Of a stretch of DNA of 64,000 bases, positions 39,456 to 49,112 are shown piece after piece. The DNA comes from Rhodothermales bacterium (GTDB taxonomy: Bacteria > Bacteroidota > Rhodothermia > Rhodothermales > UBA10348): positions 8,547-72,546 of the forward strand of contig JANJTM010000034.1 of assembly GCA_024711125.1 (NCBI GenBank), given 5' to 3'. The translations under genes and the position numbers were made by a program. Under the pieces are notes generated by a model. The model was not told the origin of the DNA. It was given only the letters and a program-made list of their open reading frames with translations, and did no database searches. Positions within the stretch are counted from its first letter, which is position 1. Each line of letters begins with the position of its first letter.

Positions 39456-42212
39456 ATGGCCCTGGCCTCGCTCTCCCATTACCGCATCGAGGCCGAACTC
39501 GGCCGCGGCGGCATGGGCATCGTGTACCGCGCCTTCGACACGGAGCTCGATCGCGTCGTCGCGCTGAAAGTCCTTCCGCCCCATGCGCTTGCGAGCGCGG
39601 ATGACCGCGCGCGGTTCCAGCGGGAAGCGAAGGCGGCGGCGCGGCTGCACCACCCGCATATCGCCTCGGTCTTCGCGATCGGGGAGGCGCCCCTCGTGCC
39701 GGAAGGCGCCGAGTCGCCGGGGGCGGCCTCGTCGACGACCGCCGACGTCCGCCCGTTCATCGCGATGGAATTCGTCGACGGTGAATCGCTGGCTTCCCGC
39801 ATCGCACGCGGGCCACTGAAGCTCGAGGAGGCCGTCCGTCTTGCGGCCCAGATCGCGCAGGCGCTGGGTGCGGCGCACGAGGCGGGCATCGTGCACCGTG
39901 ACGTGAAGAGCGGCAACGTGATGCTGACGGCGAAGGGGGAAGCGAAGGTGCTCGATTTCGGCCTGGCGCAGACGGCGGCCTCGACGAAGCTGACGCGACT
40001 GGGCTCCACGCTCGGCACGGTCGCCTACATGAGTCCCGAGCAGGCGCGGGGAGAGGAGGTGGACGGCCGCAGCGACCTCTGGTCGGTCGGCGTGGCGCTC
40101 TACGAGATGATCGCCGGGCGGCTCCCCTTCGTCGCCGACTACGAGCAGGCGACGCTGTACGGGATCCTGAACCAGGACCCCGAACCGCTGACGGCCGTGC
40201 GCACCGGGGTGCCGATGGAACTCGAGGGCATCGTCGGCAAGCTCCTGCGCAAGGAGGCCCGACTCCGGTACCAGACGGCCGCCGACCTCCTGGCCGACCT
40301 CGAAACGGTCGCGGGGACCCTCAAGTCGGGGTCCTCGGCCGCCCGCTCCTCCGTCCATTCGGCCATTCGCGCGTCGGCCGCCGGGCTCGACGCGACGCCT
40401 GCACAGGCCCCGGCGCCCGACGTGCCCTCCCGCCAGGACCTGGTGCGCACCGGTACCGCCCGCTGGCGACGCTACGCCCTGTGGTTCGGGTTTGTCGGCC
40501 TGCTGTCCGGATCGCTCGCGACGGCGACCCTGCTTCGGACGGGTCGATCAACAGGCGCCGGCCCGACGGGCGACGTGGTGCGATCGACCATCCTGCTTCC
40601 GCCCGACATGCCGCTTCAGCTCGTCGGCGATGCCCTGGGCTCGCAGATCAACGCCCTCGACCTCTCTGCGGACGGTTCGATGCTCGTGTATTCCGCCCGA
40701 ACGGGAGCCGACACCCGGCTGGTACTGCGCGACATGAGGACCGCGACCTTCCGGCGGCTGGAGGAGACGACAGGCGCCCGAAATCCCTCGTTCTCGCCCG
40801 ACGGCCGCTCGATCGCGTACATCTCCGGCAACGGGGTCTACCGGGTGTCCGTCGATGGAGGGCGACCGGAATTCGTGACCGAGAATTCGGACGGCGGCGG
40901 GATGCGCTGGGGCCGGGACGGAATGATCTACGTCGTCGACCTCCAGGGAAAACGCGTGGTCCGCGTGACGCCCGAGGGCGAGCGGGAGGACCTGATACCG
41001 GATGGTTCCTGCGGCTGCGCGATGCCCTCCCTGGCGCCCGGCAGGTTCGGACCGGTGGTCTCGGGTCGGGACCAGGAGTGGGTGGGACGGATCGTCGACG
41101 GACGCATCGACACCACGACGATCCGCGGAAACCACGCCACGTTCCACGAGGCCGGATTCGTACTCTATGCGCGTACCGGGGTGCTGATGGCCTCCCGGTG
41201 GGATCCGTCAACCGGCGCGATCGGCACCGAAGACCTCCCGGTCGTCGACAGCCTTCGCACCGGGACGGTCATGCGGTCGGGTCACTACGCGGTTTCGTCG
41301 GGCGGAACGCTGGTTTACGCCAGGGGGGCGCCGCCCGGGATCGTGAATCTCGTGATCCGGGAGGCGGACGGCTCCGAGACGCCGATCCCCCTTCCGCCCG
41401 GCGTATACGGGCCGGTGGACCTGTCGCCGGACGAGCGCCGCCTGTTGGTGACCAGCTACGATGCTGGCGGTAAACTGGTCATCGCGGATCTCGTCTCGGG
41501 GAGCCGGCAGTTCGTGGCGCCGGACGCCGAGGCACGGAGCGCGATCTGGGCATCGGACGCGGAATCGATCGTGTACTCCCGGCGCGTGGGCGATCGATGG
41601 GAAATCGTTCGCGTCCGCACGACGGGGTCGGGCGAACCGGAGCGGATCGCGGAGGCGGATGTCCTGGTGCGTCCAAGCGCCATGTCAAGTGATGGTCGCT
41701 GGCTGGCGTACGAACGACAGCGACAATCCGGCCTGGTCGTGAGAAACCTGTCCGACGGGTCCGAAACCGTGATCTCGGAACCGGGAATCAGCTACTTCGC
41801 AGCCGATTTCACGCCGGACGGCCGGTTCGTGGCCTACACGAAGATCGGAGCACAGGGATCGATGGTCGCCGTCGCCCCGGTTCCGCCGACGGGCGAGGAG
41901 TGGATCGTATCGGCCGGGGATGGCGAGGAGCCCGAGTGGCTTCCCGACCGGGACGGCTTCGTATTCCGCAGGTCGACGCAGTGGTTCGTCGTGGACGTGA
42001 ACCCGGGCGGCGGGAGGCCGGCCTTTTCCGAGCCGCGCCTGCTCTTTTCGGGTCCCTGGGTGAACATCGCGGGGATGGAATACCGGATGATGTCCGGCAG
42101 TCGGGCCGTGCTTCAGCGCCCCGTGAACGTCACGGAGACGACCTCTCGCATCGAGGTCATCAGTGATTTCTTCGTCGAACTGGATCGACTGCTGGGCGAT
42201 CTCCGGAACTAG
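39456..42212 (+). CDS. Ser/Thr protein kinase + TM + PD40 propeller (kinase 4)
   Basis: HYRIEAELGRGGMG, HRDVKSGN, DFG, YMSPE, TM, PSFSPDGRSIAY. Confidence 0.95.
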   Translation: MALASLSHYRIEAELGRGGMGIVYRAFDTELDRVVALKVLPPHALASADDRARFQREAKAAARLHHPHIASVFAIGEAPLVPEGAESPGAASSTTADVRPFIAMEFVDGESLASRIARGPLKLEEAVRLAAQIAQALGAAHEAGIVHRDVKSGNVMLTAKGEAKVLDFGLAQTAASTKLTRLGSTLGTVAYMSPEQARGEEVDGRSDLWSVGVALYEMIAGRLPFVADYEQATLYGILNQDPEPLTAVRTGVPMELEGIVGKLLRKEARLRYQTAADLLADLETVAGTLKSGSSAARSSVHSAIRASAAGLDATPAQAPAPDVPSRQDLVRTGTARWRRYALWFGFVGLLSGSLATATLLRTGRSTGAGPTGDVVRSTILLPPDMPLQLVGDALGSQINALDLSADGSMLVYSARTGADTRLVLRDMRTATFRRLEETTGARNPSFSPDGRSIAYISGNGVYRVSVDGGRPEFVTENSDGGGMRWGRDGMIYVVDLQGKRVVRVTPEGEREDLIPDGSCGCAMPSLAPGRFGPVVSGRDQEWVGRIVDGRIDTTTIRGNHATFHEAGFVLYARTGVLMASRWDPSTGAIGTEDLPVVDSLRTGTVMRSGHYAVSSGGTLVYARGAPPGIVNLVIREADGSETPIPLPPGVYGPVDLSPDERRLLVTSYDAGGKLVIADLVSGSRQFVAPDAEARSAIWASDAESIVYSRRVGDRWEIVRVRTTGSGEPERIAEADVLVRPSAMSSDGRWLAYERQRQSGLVVRNLSDGSETVISEPGISYFAADFTPDGRFVAYTKIGAQGSMVAVAPVPPTGEEWIVSAGDGEEPEWLPDRDGFVFRRSTQWFVVDVNPGGGRPAFSEPRLLFSGPWVNIAGMEYRMMSGSRAVLQRPVNVTETTSRIEVISDFFVELDRLLGDLRN

Positions 42213-42220
42213 CCCAAGGC

Positions 42221-43579
42221 TCAGCAACCCAGGTCGGCCCGGGCCTGGGCATCATTCGCCGGTACGCATCCACCCGCCGGGAGCGACGTCGGCTGATACC
42301 GCAGGAGGTCCGGGTCGCGCAGGGCGTGCTCGAGGAAGGCGGTCAACGCCGAAACCTCGTCGGCGGTGAGGTGGAGCGGCTTGAACCGCGGTTCCAGTCG
42401 ACCCGACGGCAGCGGTACCGCGGGGATCCCGTCATTGTAGTATTCGACCACTTCGCGAATCGTTCGGAAAGATCCCCCGTGGCCGTAGAACGGCGAGTCC
42501 GAGAGGTTGTACAGCTGCGGCACCTTGTACTTGAATTCGTCCTGCTCGGCGCCGTTGAAGCCGCCGCGGCCGCGCGATGGCGGCAAGGGCCTCACGGACT
42601 CGGAAATCGGCATGTCGGGCATGCCGATCGCGTAGAACGCCATCGAGTTGAGCGCCGGCCCCGAGTGGCACTCCTCGCACTTCGCCTTGCCGAAGAAGAG
42701 AATCGCACCCTGCTTCTCCTGGATGGTCATTGCACCCGTCTCGCCGCGCAGCCACCGCTGGAACGGGGCGCGGTTGGCCACCAGGGTCCGCTCGTACGCG
42801 GCGATCGCGAGGCCCGTCTTCTCGAGCGAAATCGGTTCGCCCGGGTAGGCCGCGTCCCACAGGGCCTGGTAGGCGGCGTGGGACGCGATCGGCCACCGGG
42901 TCATGTCGTCCGAACGATGTTCGGTCAGCGCGGCGATCGCCTGGGATTCCACGCCCTCGTAGCCCAGCAGGTTGATGCCCTCGAGCGTGCCGGGAATCCA
43001 TCGGCCCGACGTGGGCGCGTTCGGGCCCTTGGCACCCATGCGTCCGTCCCACATCATGGCCTGCTGGTACGCGACGTGCAGCACGCTCGGCGAGCGGACC
43101 GGTTGTACGTCCACGTCGTCGACCGGGAACGCGGGATCGGCGAGTCTCGCTTCGCCCCGCGTGCCCCAGCCGCTTCCGCCTTCCCCGATGGCCTGGATGC
43201 GGCCGGCCTGGAAGCCGGCCCGGGCGTGGTGACAGGTCGCGCAGGAGAACGTTCCCGTACGCTCCGGGTGCCTGGGGCGCGTCGAGAGGCTCGGATCGTG
43301 GAACAGCACCCGCCCGAGGGCCACCTTGGCCGCCGTGACCGGATTCTTCGGATCCTGCGGAATGGATGCCCAGTCCCCGTCGTCCGGCAACTGGAAGTTG
43401 TCCACGAAACGCTGGCCGTCAAGCGTCAGGATCGCGGTGAGCGAATCGTCCAGCGCGGCTTCGTCCACGAGGTCGCCCGGGCCGGAGACGCCGCCGCCGC
43501 ATCCCGAGACGACGGCAGCGAGGACCACGACGCCCGCGGCGAGCAGGCCCCCGAAGTCAGCGCGGAGTGTTCGGATCAT
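42221..43579 (-). CDS. Di-heme cytochrome c peroxidase/MauG family lipoprotein
   Basis: KVALGRVLFHDP, SCATCH, WDGR, CEECH, YKVPQLYNL..SPFYGHGG; lipobox VSGC. Confidence 0.9.
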   Translation of the reverse strand: MIRTLRADFGGLLAAGVVVLAAVVSGCGGGVSGPGDLVDEAALDDSLTAILTLDGQRFVDNFQLPDDGDWASIPQDPKNPVTAAKVALGRVLFHDPSLSTRPRHPERTGTFSCATCHHARAGFQAGRIQAIGEGGSGWGTRGEARLADPAFPVDDVDVQPVRSPSVLHVAYQQAMMWDGRMGAKGPNAPTSGRWIPGTLEGINLLGYEGVESQAIAALTEHRSDDMTRWPIASHAAYQALWDAAYPGEPISLEKTGLAIAAYERTLVANRAPFQRWLRGETGAMTIQEKQGAILFFGKAKCEECHSGPALNSMAFYAIGMPDMPISESVRPLPPSRGRGGFNGAEQDEFKYKVPQLYNLSDSPFYGHGGSFRTIREVVEYYNDGIPAVPLPSGRLEPRFKPLHLTADEVSALTAFLEHALRDPDLLRYQPTSLPAGGCVPANDAQARADLGC

Positions 43580-44306
43580 CGGGGTTATTGATGACGACGA
43601 AGCGCCAGACCGGCGACCAGGCGGAGACCCCCGCGTGGTTTCGCGACCGGATGCGCCAGAAGTACTCGTATCCCTTGACCAGCCGGTCGAGATGCTGCGT
43701 CGGACCGGGTATGCCGCGCATGTCGGCGTCCCGGCGCACGAAGATGTCCTCCTGGGCTACCTGCAGATCGTAGGAGAGGGCGCCTTCGACGGGGGTCCAC
43801 TCGACGTCGAGCTGCTCGGGTAGGCCGATCGTATCGTGGGGAGGCCACACCGGGTACGGGACGGCGGCTACATGCACTTCGCGTGCCGGAACGAAGGTCC
43901 ACTCGGCCGACCAGTCGCTCGTGCCGGCCTCATTCCGTGCGCGCACCCGCCAGCAGTATTCCCGGCCGACCTCGAGGCCGGTTACCACGTACGTCGGCAA
44001 CTGCAGGTCCGAGACGACGGTCACCAGGTCGGTGAACGACGCGTTCCGCGCGATGACCACTTCGTAGATCGTACCGGGCGCCTCGGCGGTCCAGCGCAGT
44101 TCGACGGCGTTCTCGACGTCGCCTGAACCGTTGACGGGCGCGACCAACCGCGGAACGCCGGGTGCGAGCGTCGGATCATCGTCGACGGGAGATTGGCTGT
44201 CGCACGCCGCCATCAGTACAGCGGCCGAGAGCACCAGGATAGCGGCGGCTCCGCGGGCTCGGGCGACGGCGCGGAGCGGGACGGGCAAACGGAGGACGGG
44301 ATCCAT
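43557..44306 (-). CDS. Lipoprotein with two fibronectin type III-like domains
   Basis: Lipobox MAAC; two repeats of W..Y..Q/VIA..F...Y.WR(V/I)R.RN.AG.S.WS..W.F. Confidence 0.8.
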   Translation of the reverse strand: MDPVLRLPVPLRAVARARGAAAILVLSAAVLMAACDSQSPVDDDPTLAPGVPRLVAPVNGSGDVENAVELRWTAEAPGTIYEVVIARNASFTDLVTVVSDLQLPTYVVTGLEVGREYCWRVRARNEAGTSDWSAEWTFVPAREVHVAAVPYPVWPPHDTIGLPEQLDVEWTPVEGALSYDLQVAQEDIFVRRDADMRGIPGPTQHLDRLVKGYEYFWRIRSRNHAGVSAWSPVWRFVVINNPDDPNTPR

Positions 44307-44389
44307 GGCGGGGTTCGGAAACAGGTCACGCAGCAACCTGACACCTGGGCGCACGGATCCAAGATACTTCGCTTTTGCCCTTTGATTTT

Positions 44390-44416
44390 CCTACACTTAT
44401 GTAGGGTTATCCCCTA
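44390..44416. promoter_or_regulatory. Overlapping inverted repeats, putative transcription-factor site
   Basis: CCTACA-CTTA-TGTAGG (44390-44405) and TAGGG-TTATC-CCCTA (44402-44416) in an AT-rich gap upstream of the FN3/peroxidase pair. Confidence 0.4.
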
Positions 44417-44432
44417 TACGACAAGCCACCTT

Positions 44433-45200
44433 TTACCGTGCCGGCGTGAGGCGACCCAGGTCGTCGGGCGCATCGAGCGGCTGCATCCGCGCGATCCAAC
44501 CGTCCCCGTACGGATCGTCAACGAGAAGGGAGGCACGTTCCGCAAGAAGTGCATTCGTCTCGAGCACCTGCCCGGCGATCGGGGTCCACGAGACGTAGGG
44601 CCATCCGTTGTCGCCGACGACCCGCACCAGCACATCGCCCTGGACCAGCGGGAACGCCACCGTGGGCAGGTCCACCGAGGTGATCATCCCGGTCGTGCGG
44701 CCGAAGACGTCGGAGACGCCCACCAGCGCCGTGCCGTCCGCCCGCATCCGGACCCAGCTCTGCACGCCGAGGTAGCCCGAAACCCCTGCTCCGGGCGGAT
44801 GGGGTACCCGGACTTCGGGCGGGAGAGCCAGGAATTTCGCCGCCCGGTGTACGAGGCTGCGTGCCTCCTCGAACGTGAACGGCTTCGACAGGAATCCGAA
44901 TGCACCGCCCTGGAGCGACTCCACGATGTTTTCGCTGGTCGCATAGCCGCTCATCAGCACGAACGTGCGCCCGGGGCCCGCGGCGCGCTGAAGCAGCTCC
45001 AATCCGGACAGGCCCGGCAGCTTCAGGTCCACGACCACCAGGCCCGGACGTCCGGTCTCGAGCAACTCGAGTCCGATTTCGGCGTCCGGAGCGGTCGTCA
45101 CCTCGAAGCCGCCGGACGAGAGGACGCGCCGCAGGGCCTCGACGATCACCGGTTCGTCGTCGATGACCAGTACCGCGGGCCTGTCAGTTGCGGGCGTCAT
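44433..45200 (-). CDS. Receiver domain fused to GcvH-like domain lacking the lipoyl lysine
   Basis: REC: VIDDEP, VVDLKLPG, MSGY, SKPF; C-terminal SWVRM...VGVSD...TPIAGQVLETN...DDPYGDGWIARM; no ESVK motif. Confidence 0.85.
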   Translation of the reverse strand: MTPATDRPAVLVIDDEPVIVEALRRVLSSGGFEVTTAPDAEIGLELLETGRPGLVVVDLKLPGLSGLELLQRAAGPGRTFVLMSGYATSENIVESLQGGAFGFLSKPFTFEEARSLVHRAAKFLALPPEVRVPHPPGAGVSGYLGVQSWVRMRADGTALVGVSDVFGRTTGMITSVDLPTVAFPLVQGDVLVRVVGDNGWPYVSWTPIAGQVLETNALLAERASLLVDDPYGDGWIARMQPLDAPDDLGRLTPAR

Positions 45201-46741
45201 TCGGACGGTTGCACGGTGGGTGCGGGCGGGCGTGGGGTCGTGCCGGACGGCTCGGAAACCGGAAGCGTGATGACGAATTCGGTTCCGACCCCTTCCTGGC
45301 TATGGACGTGGATCGAGCCGTGATGGCTCTCGACGATGCCCCAGACGATGGCGAGCCCGAGGCCGTTCCCCTTCTGGCCCTTCGTCGTATAGAACGGCTC
45401 GAAGATCTTGGTCAGCCGGTCGCCGGGCATGCCGCACCCGGTGTCGGCGACGGATAACACGACCCGCTCGGGGGTGGGCGAGTCGCCTTCCGGCCGGGTC
45501 CGGATCGTGACCGTTCCGCCCTCCCTGGGCATGGCGTCGGCGGCGTTCACCAGGAGATTCACCAGCACCTGCTGCAGCTGGTTGCCGTCTGCCATCAGGG
45601 CGGGAAGGTCCTCCCGCAGGTCCATCACGAGGCGGATCCGGTGCAGCGCAAACTGGTTGCGCACGATCGAGCCCGAGCGGTAAATGATCTCGCTGAGGTG
45701 GACCTGCTTCTTCTCGGGCACCGACTGTCGCGAGAAGTCGAGCAGGCTCTTGACGATCTCGCGGCACCGCTTGGTCTCGCGCACGACCACGTCGAGGTCG
45801 TCCTTGAGCTCGGGATACTCGTCGGCCCGCGCGGCGAGGAAGCTCGCATACGTCAGGACGCCCGTCAGCGGATTGTTGATCTCGTGCGCCACGCCGGCCG
45901 CCAGGCGGCCGACCGAGGCGAGTTTGTCCGACTGGACGAGCTGGCGCTGCGCCTCGGCGAGCTTCTCGGTCATGCCGTTGAACGACTGCGCCAGCCGTCC
46001 CAGTTCGTCGTCGTTCGTGACGGGAACGCGGTGCTTCATATCGCCGCCCGCCACCTGTTGGGTGGCCGCGACGAGGACCGAGACCCTGCGAAGGACATAC
46101 CGTTCGACGAAGTACCAGAGGATGAGGCTGATGGTCAGCACGGCCGCGATCATGAGCAGGATCAACTGCAGTCCGCTGGCCTTCTGCTGCCGATCCAGCG
46201 CGTCCAACGGCACCGTGATGTCCAGGACGCCGAGGACGGTCTGATCCGAGTCGTGGGCATGGCACTCGCTCTGCCAGCAGGAGGGCTCGTTGTAGATCGG
46301 GTTGATGATGCCCAGCATCCGGTTCCCGTCGGGGCCGTCAAAAACCCGGGTGCGGTCCCGGATGGACAGGCTCTCGAGGGGCCGGTCTGCTGCATGGCAC
46401 GCGTAACATGCCTCGGTATTCATGTCGACCAGCGTTCCGACATCCGCCGAATCGGTCGACAGGATGATCTCGCCCTCCTTGTTGAAAATGCGGACCTTGT
46501 CGATGGACTCCTGCGCGCCTATCGTCGAGATGATCTGGTGGATCGACTCGCGTTGGTTCAGCAGCATGTCGTAGCGCGTGCTGCTGCGCACGGTCTCCGA
46601 GAGCTGCTGCGCGAAACTCTCGGCGTCTGCCAGCGCCAGGCGCGAATAGGACCGCAGGACGAGAATCGCGGCCAGTCCGGTCACTACGGCGGCCGATACG
46701 CCGACGGTGACCATCAGGCGGTAGCTGAGGCGCGATCTCAC
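45197..46741 (-). CDS. Sensor histidine kinase with periplasmic c-type heme motifs and HAMP
   Basis: Two TMs flanking CYACH and CWQSECH; DELGRLAQSFN HAMP; GVAHEINNPL; DTGCG; FYTTK; GNGLGL. Confidence 0.92.
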   Translation of the reverse strand: MRSRLSYRLMVTVGVSAAVVTGLAAILVLRSYSRLALADAESFAQQLSETVRSSTRYDMLLNQRESIHQIISTIGAQESIDKVRIFNKEGEIILSTDSADVGTLVDMNTEACYACHAADRPLESLSIRDRTRVFDGPDGNRMLGIINPIYNEPSCWQSECHAHDSDQTVLGVLDITVPLDALDRQQKASGLQLILLMIAAVLTISLILWYFVERYVLRRVSVLVAATQQVAGGDMKHRVPVTNDDELGRLAQSFNGMTEKLAEAQRQLVQSDKLASVGRLAAGVAHEINNPLTGVLTYASFLAARADEYPELKDDLDVVVRETKRCREIVKSLLDFSRQSVPEKKQVHLSEIIYRSGSIVRNQFALHRIRLVMDLREDLPALMADGNQLQQVLVNLLVNAADAMPREGGTVTIRTRPEGDSPTPERVVLSVADTGCGMPGDRLTKIFEPFYTTKGQKGNGLGLAIVWGIVESHHGSIHVHSQEGVGTEFVITLPVSEPSGTTPRPPAPTVQPSE

Positions 46742-46787
46742 GTGCGTACGCCGCGGCGTGACGAGTGTCCCGGGTCCGTTCTCGGAG

Positions 46788-46913
46788 TCATGTGCGCTTT
46801 TCGGTCGCGTTCATGTACCGAACGAAAAACACGAACAGGATCAGGAAACAGATCAGCAGGATGTACTCCAGCCCTTTCGTCTCGAAGATGTTGACGTAGG
46901 TGAATGACTCCAT
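46788..46913 (-). CDS. 41-aa single-TM peptide, HmcD-like
   Basis: Not in ORF track. Manual translation MESFTYVNIFETKGLEYILLICFLILFVFFVRYMNATEKRT*; lies right after the NrfD gene, as HmcD follows HmcC. Confidence 0.7.
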   Translation of the reverse strand: MESFTYVNIFETKGLEYILLICFLILFVFFVRYMNATEKRT

Positions 46914-46949
46914 GGCGGTGTGGGAACGGCCGAATGCGGGGATGCCGTG

Positions 46950-48200
46950 TCAGGCGGTTTCTACGAGCCTGGCCGCCGGAACGCCGTCCGCGGTGTGCGC
47001 GCGCGCAGCCCTCGGCCGTGGGTAGAAGTTCATGCGGGTGACGAACCAGCGGAAAACCCAGACCTCGACGAGGACGACGGTCAGGCTGACCACGATTTCC
47101 ATCCACGTGGGATAATACCGGTTGACCGACTCCCAGTTGAACGCGATCAGCGATACGTTCAGGCGATTGATGAGCACCCCGAGCAGCGACAGCCAGGCTG
47201 CCGTCTGGACGATGCCCAGGCTGCGGTGCCTGTAGCCGAGGGCGAACAGCAGGCACGGCAGCAGCGTCAGGCCGAACACTTCGACGAGGTACCAGAGCCC
47301 CCAACCGGTTCCGAGCAGGTCCCAATGCCCCTCGTGGAGGAAGAGCAGGAGCTTGAAGAAATAGTAGGCGAAGGACGCGATCGCGGCACCCTTGGCGAGC
47401 CCGAACAGGATTGCTCTCGACTGCGCTTCCGGTATCCCGATGTGCTCCTTGAGGTACCGACCGCTGAGCGTGCCCTCGACGATCACCAGCGAGATGCCCG
47501 CGAAGATGCTCGATACGAAGAACAGGATGGGGATGAACTCGGAGAACCACAGCGGGTGGATCTTGGGCTTCGCCATGAGGAACAGCGCGCCCAGTCCGGA
47601 CTGGTGCAGGAACGAAAGCGTGATACCGAACACCACCAGCCCGAGGGTCATCGCATACAGGACCCGGTAGGCCTTCTTCGCGTCCAGCCACTCGGCCACG
47701 ACCGGCGATACCTCGAGGAACTGCGCGATGATGTAGAGCAGGAAATGCCAGGCGACGAGAAAGAGGACCGAGTTGTATCCGAAGTCGTTGCCGATGATGG
47801 GGTTGAGGATGTTCCAGGGCCGCCCCAGTTCGAGGATGAGCGCCCCGGCGTAAAAGACGTACGCGAGGAACCCGTTGAGCACCGTCACGCGGATGATCGG
47901 CTTGTACTTCTCGAGCCGCATCACGTAGACCGTGAAGCACAGGGCATACGCACCGCCCGCGAAAGCCACGCCGGTGATCACGTTGAAGCCCTTCCACACG
48001 CCCCAGGCATAGTCCTGGTTGAGGTTCGTCACCGACCCGAGCCCGTAGATGAACCGGTATACCAGGATGACCATACCGACCACGATGATCGGGATCGAGA
48101 TCATGTTGAACGGCGTCCAGAACGGCGGCCGCGGCTTCATCTCGTTCCAGATGAAGCGGAAGGTGCCCTGTACCGGGGGGGAGGTGTGCGTAGCCGACAT
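46950..48200 (-). CDS. NrfD/PsrC family integral membrane subunit (HmcC/HybB-like)
   Basis: GLGSVTNLNQDYAWG, GVAFAGGAY, ELGRPW, LSFLHQSGLGALF...KIHPLW, YYPTWME. Confidence 0.9.
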   Translation of the reverse strand: MSATHTSPPVQGTFRFIWNEMKPRPPFWTPFNMISIPIIVVGMVILVYRFIYGLGSVTNLNQDYAWGVWKGFNVITGVAFAGGAYALCFTVYVMRLEKYKPIIRVTVLNGFLAYVFYAGALILELGRPWNILNPIIGNDFGYNSVLFLVAWHFLLYIIAQFLEVSPVVAEWLDAKKAYRVLYAMTLGLVVFGITLSFLHQSGLGALFLMAKPKIHPLWFSEFIPILFFVSSIFAGISLVIVEGTLSGRYLKEHIGIPEAQSRAILFGLAKGAAIASFAYYFFKLLLFLHEGHWDLLGTGWGLWYLVEVFGLTLLPCLLFALGYRHRSLGIVQTAAWLSLLGVLINRLNVSLIAFNWESVNRYYPTWMEIVVSLTVVLVEVWVFRWFVTRMNFYPRPRAARAHTADGVPAARLVETA

Positions 48201-48201
48201 C

Positions 48202-49104
48202 TCAGTGGGCCGCTTGGTGATCGGTGGTTTCGGCCACGACCTTCGGGTCGGGTCCCGTGCCGGAACCGTCCCGATCGGTGAGCTGGCTCAGGCCGTACAG
48301 GAGCGCGGGCAGGCCGAAGAAGACGACCGGCACGGCGTACAGGAAGTCCCTGGTGTATTCCGGGTAAGGCGTCGTGCCGAGGTCGGTACGGAACCCGATC
48401 TGTTCGAACGGAACCGCCGACAGGTACAGCCACCCGGTTCCGCCCGCTTCGAACTCCCCGTAGATCTTGTGGACGTATTTGTCGGGGTTGGTGTAGATGC
48501 GCTTGCGCGCGATCTCCATCAGTTCCCGCTTGGTGCCGAACGTGAGCGCGTCGGTCGGGCACGACGTGACACAGGCCGGACGCTGCCCCTCCTGCAGCCG
48601 CTCCCAGCACAGGTTGCACTTCTGGATGCGCGGATTCCAGTGGTCGTATTCGCATTTCGGAATGTCGAACGGACACGAGATCATGCAGTAGCGGCACCCC
48701 ATGCACTTGTCCGACTGCCAGATTACCGGGCCCGTCTCGGTCTTCTTCATGGCGTTCGTCAGGCAGGCGGCAGCGCAGGCAGGCTGCCAGCAATGCATGC
48801 ACTGCTTCTTGACGAACACCTCCCCGGCGTCGGTATCGAACCGGTTGACGACGGTCCACGCCGTCTCGCTCGTGGTACGTACGGCCTCGAGCGCGCCGTC
48901 GGTTTTCGGGTCGGGCACGGGCATGTTGTGCGCCATCGCGCACGCGACCTCGCAGGAGCGGCACCCGATGCATCGGGTGGTATCGACGAGCACGCCGATG
49001 AACTCCTCCGGCTTGTGCTCCTGGGTATCCGCGGCGGCCGAGCGTGCGCCCGCGGCGGTAGCGCAGGCCACGCCGGCCGTCTTGAGGAAGTTTCTGCGAT
49101 CCAT
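48202..49104 (-). CDS. Tat-exported 4x[4Fe-4S] ferredoxin subunit (HmcB/HybA-like)
   Basis: MDRRNFLK; CIGCRSCEVAC, CMHC..PAC..AC, CMGCRYCMISCP, CNLC...PACVTSCP; C-terminal TM. Confidence 0.92.
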   Translation of the reverse strand: MDRRNFLKTAGVACATAAGARSAAADTQEHKPEEFIGVLVDTTRCIGCRSCEVACAMAHNMPVPDPKTDGALEAVRTTSETAWTVVNRFDTDAGEVFVKKQCMHCWQPACAAACLTNAMKKTETGPVIWQSDKCMGCRYCMISCPFDIPKCEYDHWNPRIQKCNLCWERLQEGQRPACVTSCPTDALTFGTKRELMEIARKRIYTNPDKYVHKIYGEFEAGGTGWLYLSAVPFEQIGFRTDLGTTPYPEYTRDFLYAVPVVFFGLPALLYGLSQLTDRDGSGTGPDPKVVAETTDHQAAH

Positions 49105-49112
49105 GGTTCAGG

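Noticed and set aside
8596-42212. Diversity-generating retroelement or shufflon behind kinase variation
   Set aside because: No reverse transcriptase, recombinase, TR/VR pair or inverted cassettes in the window
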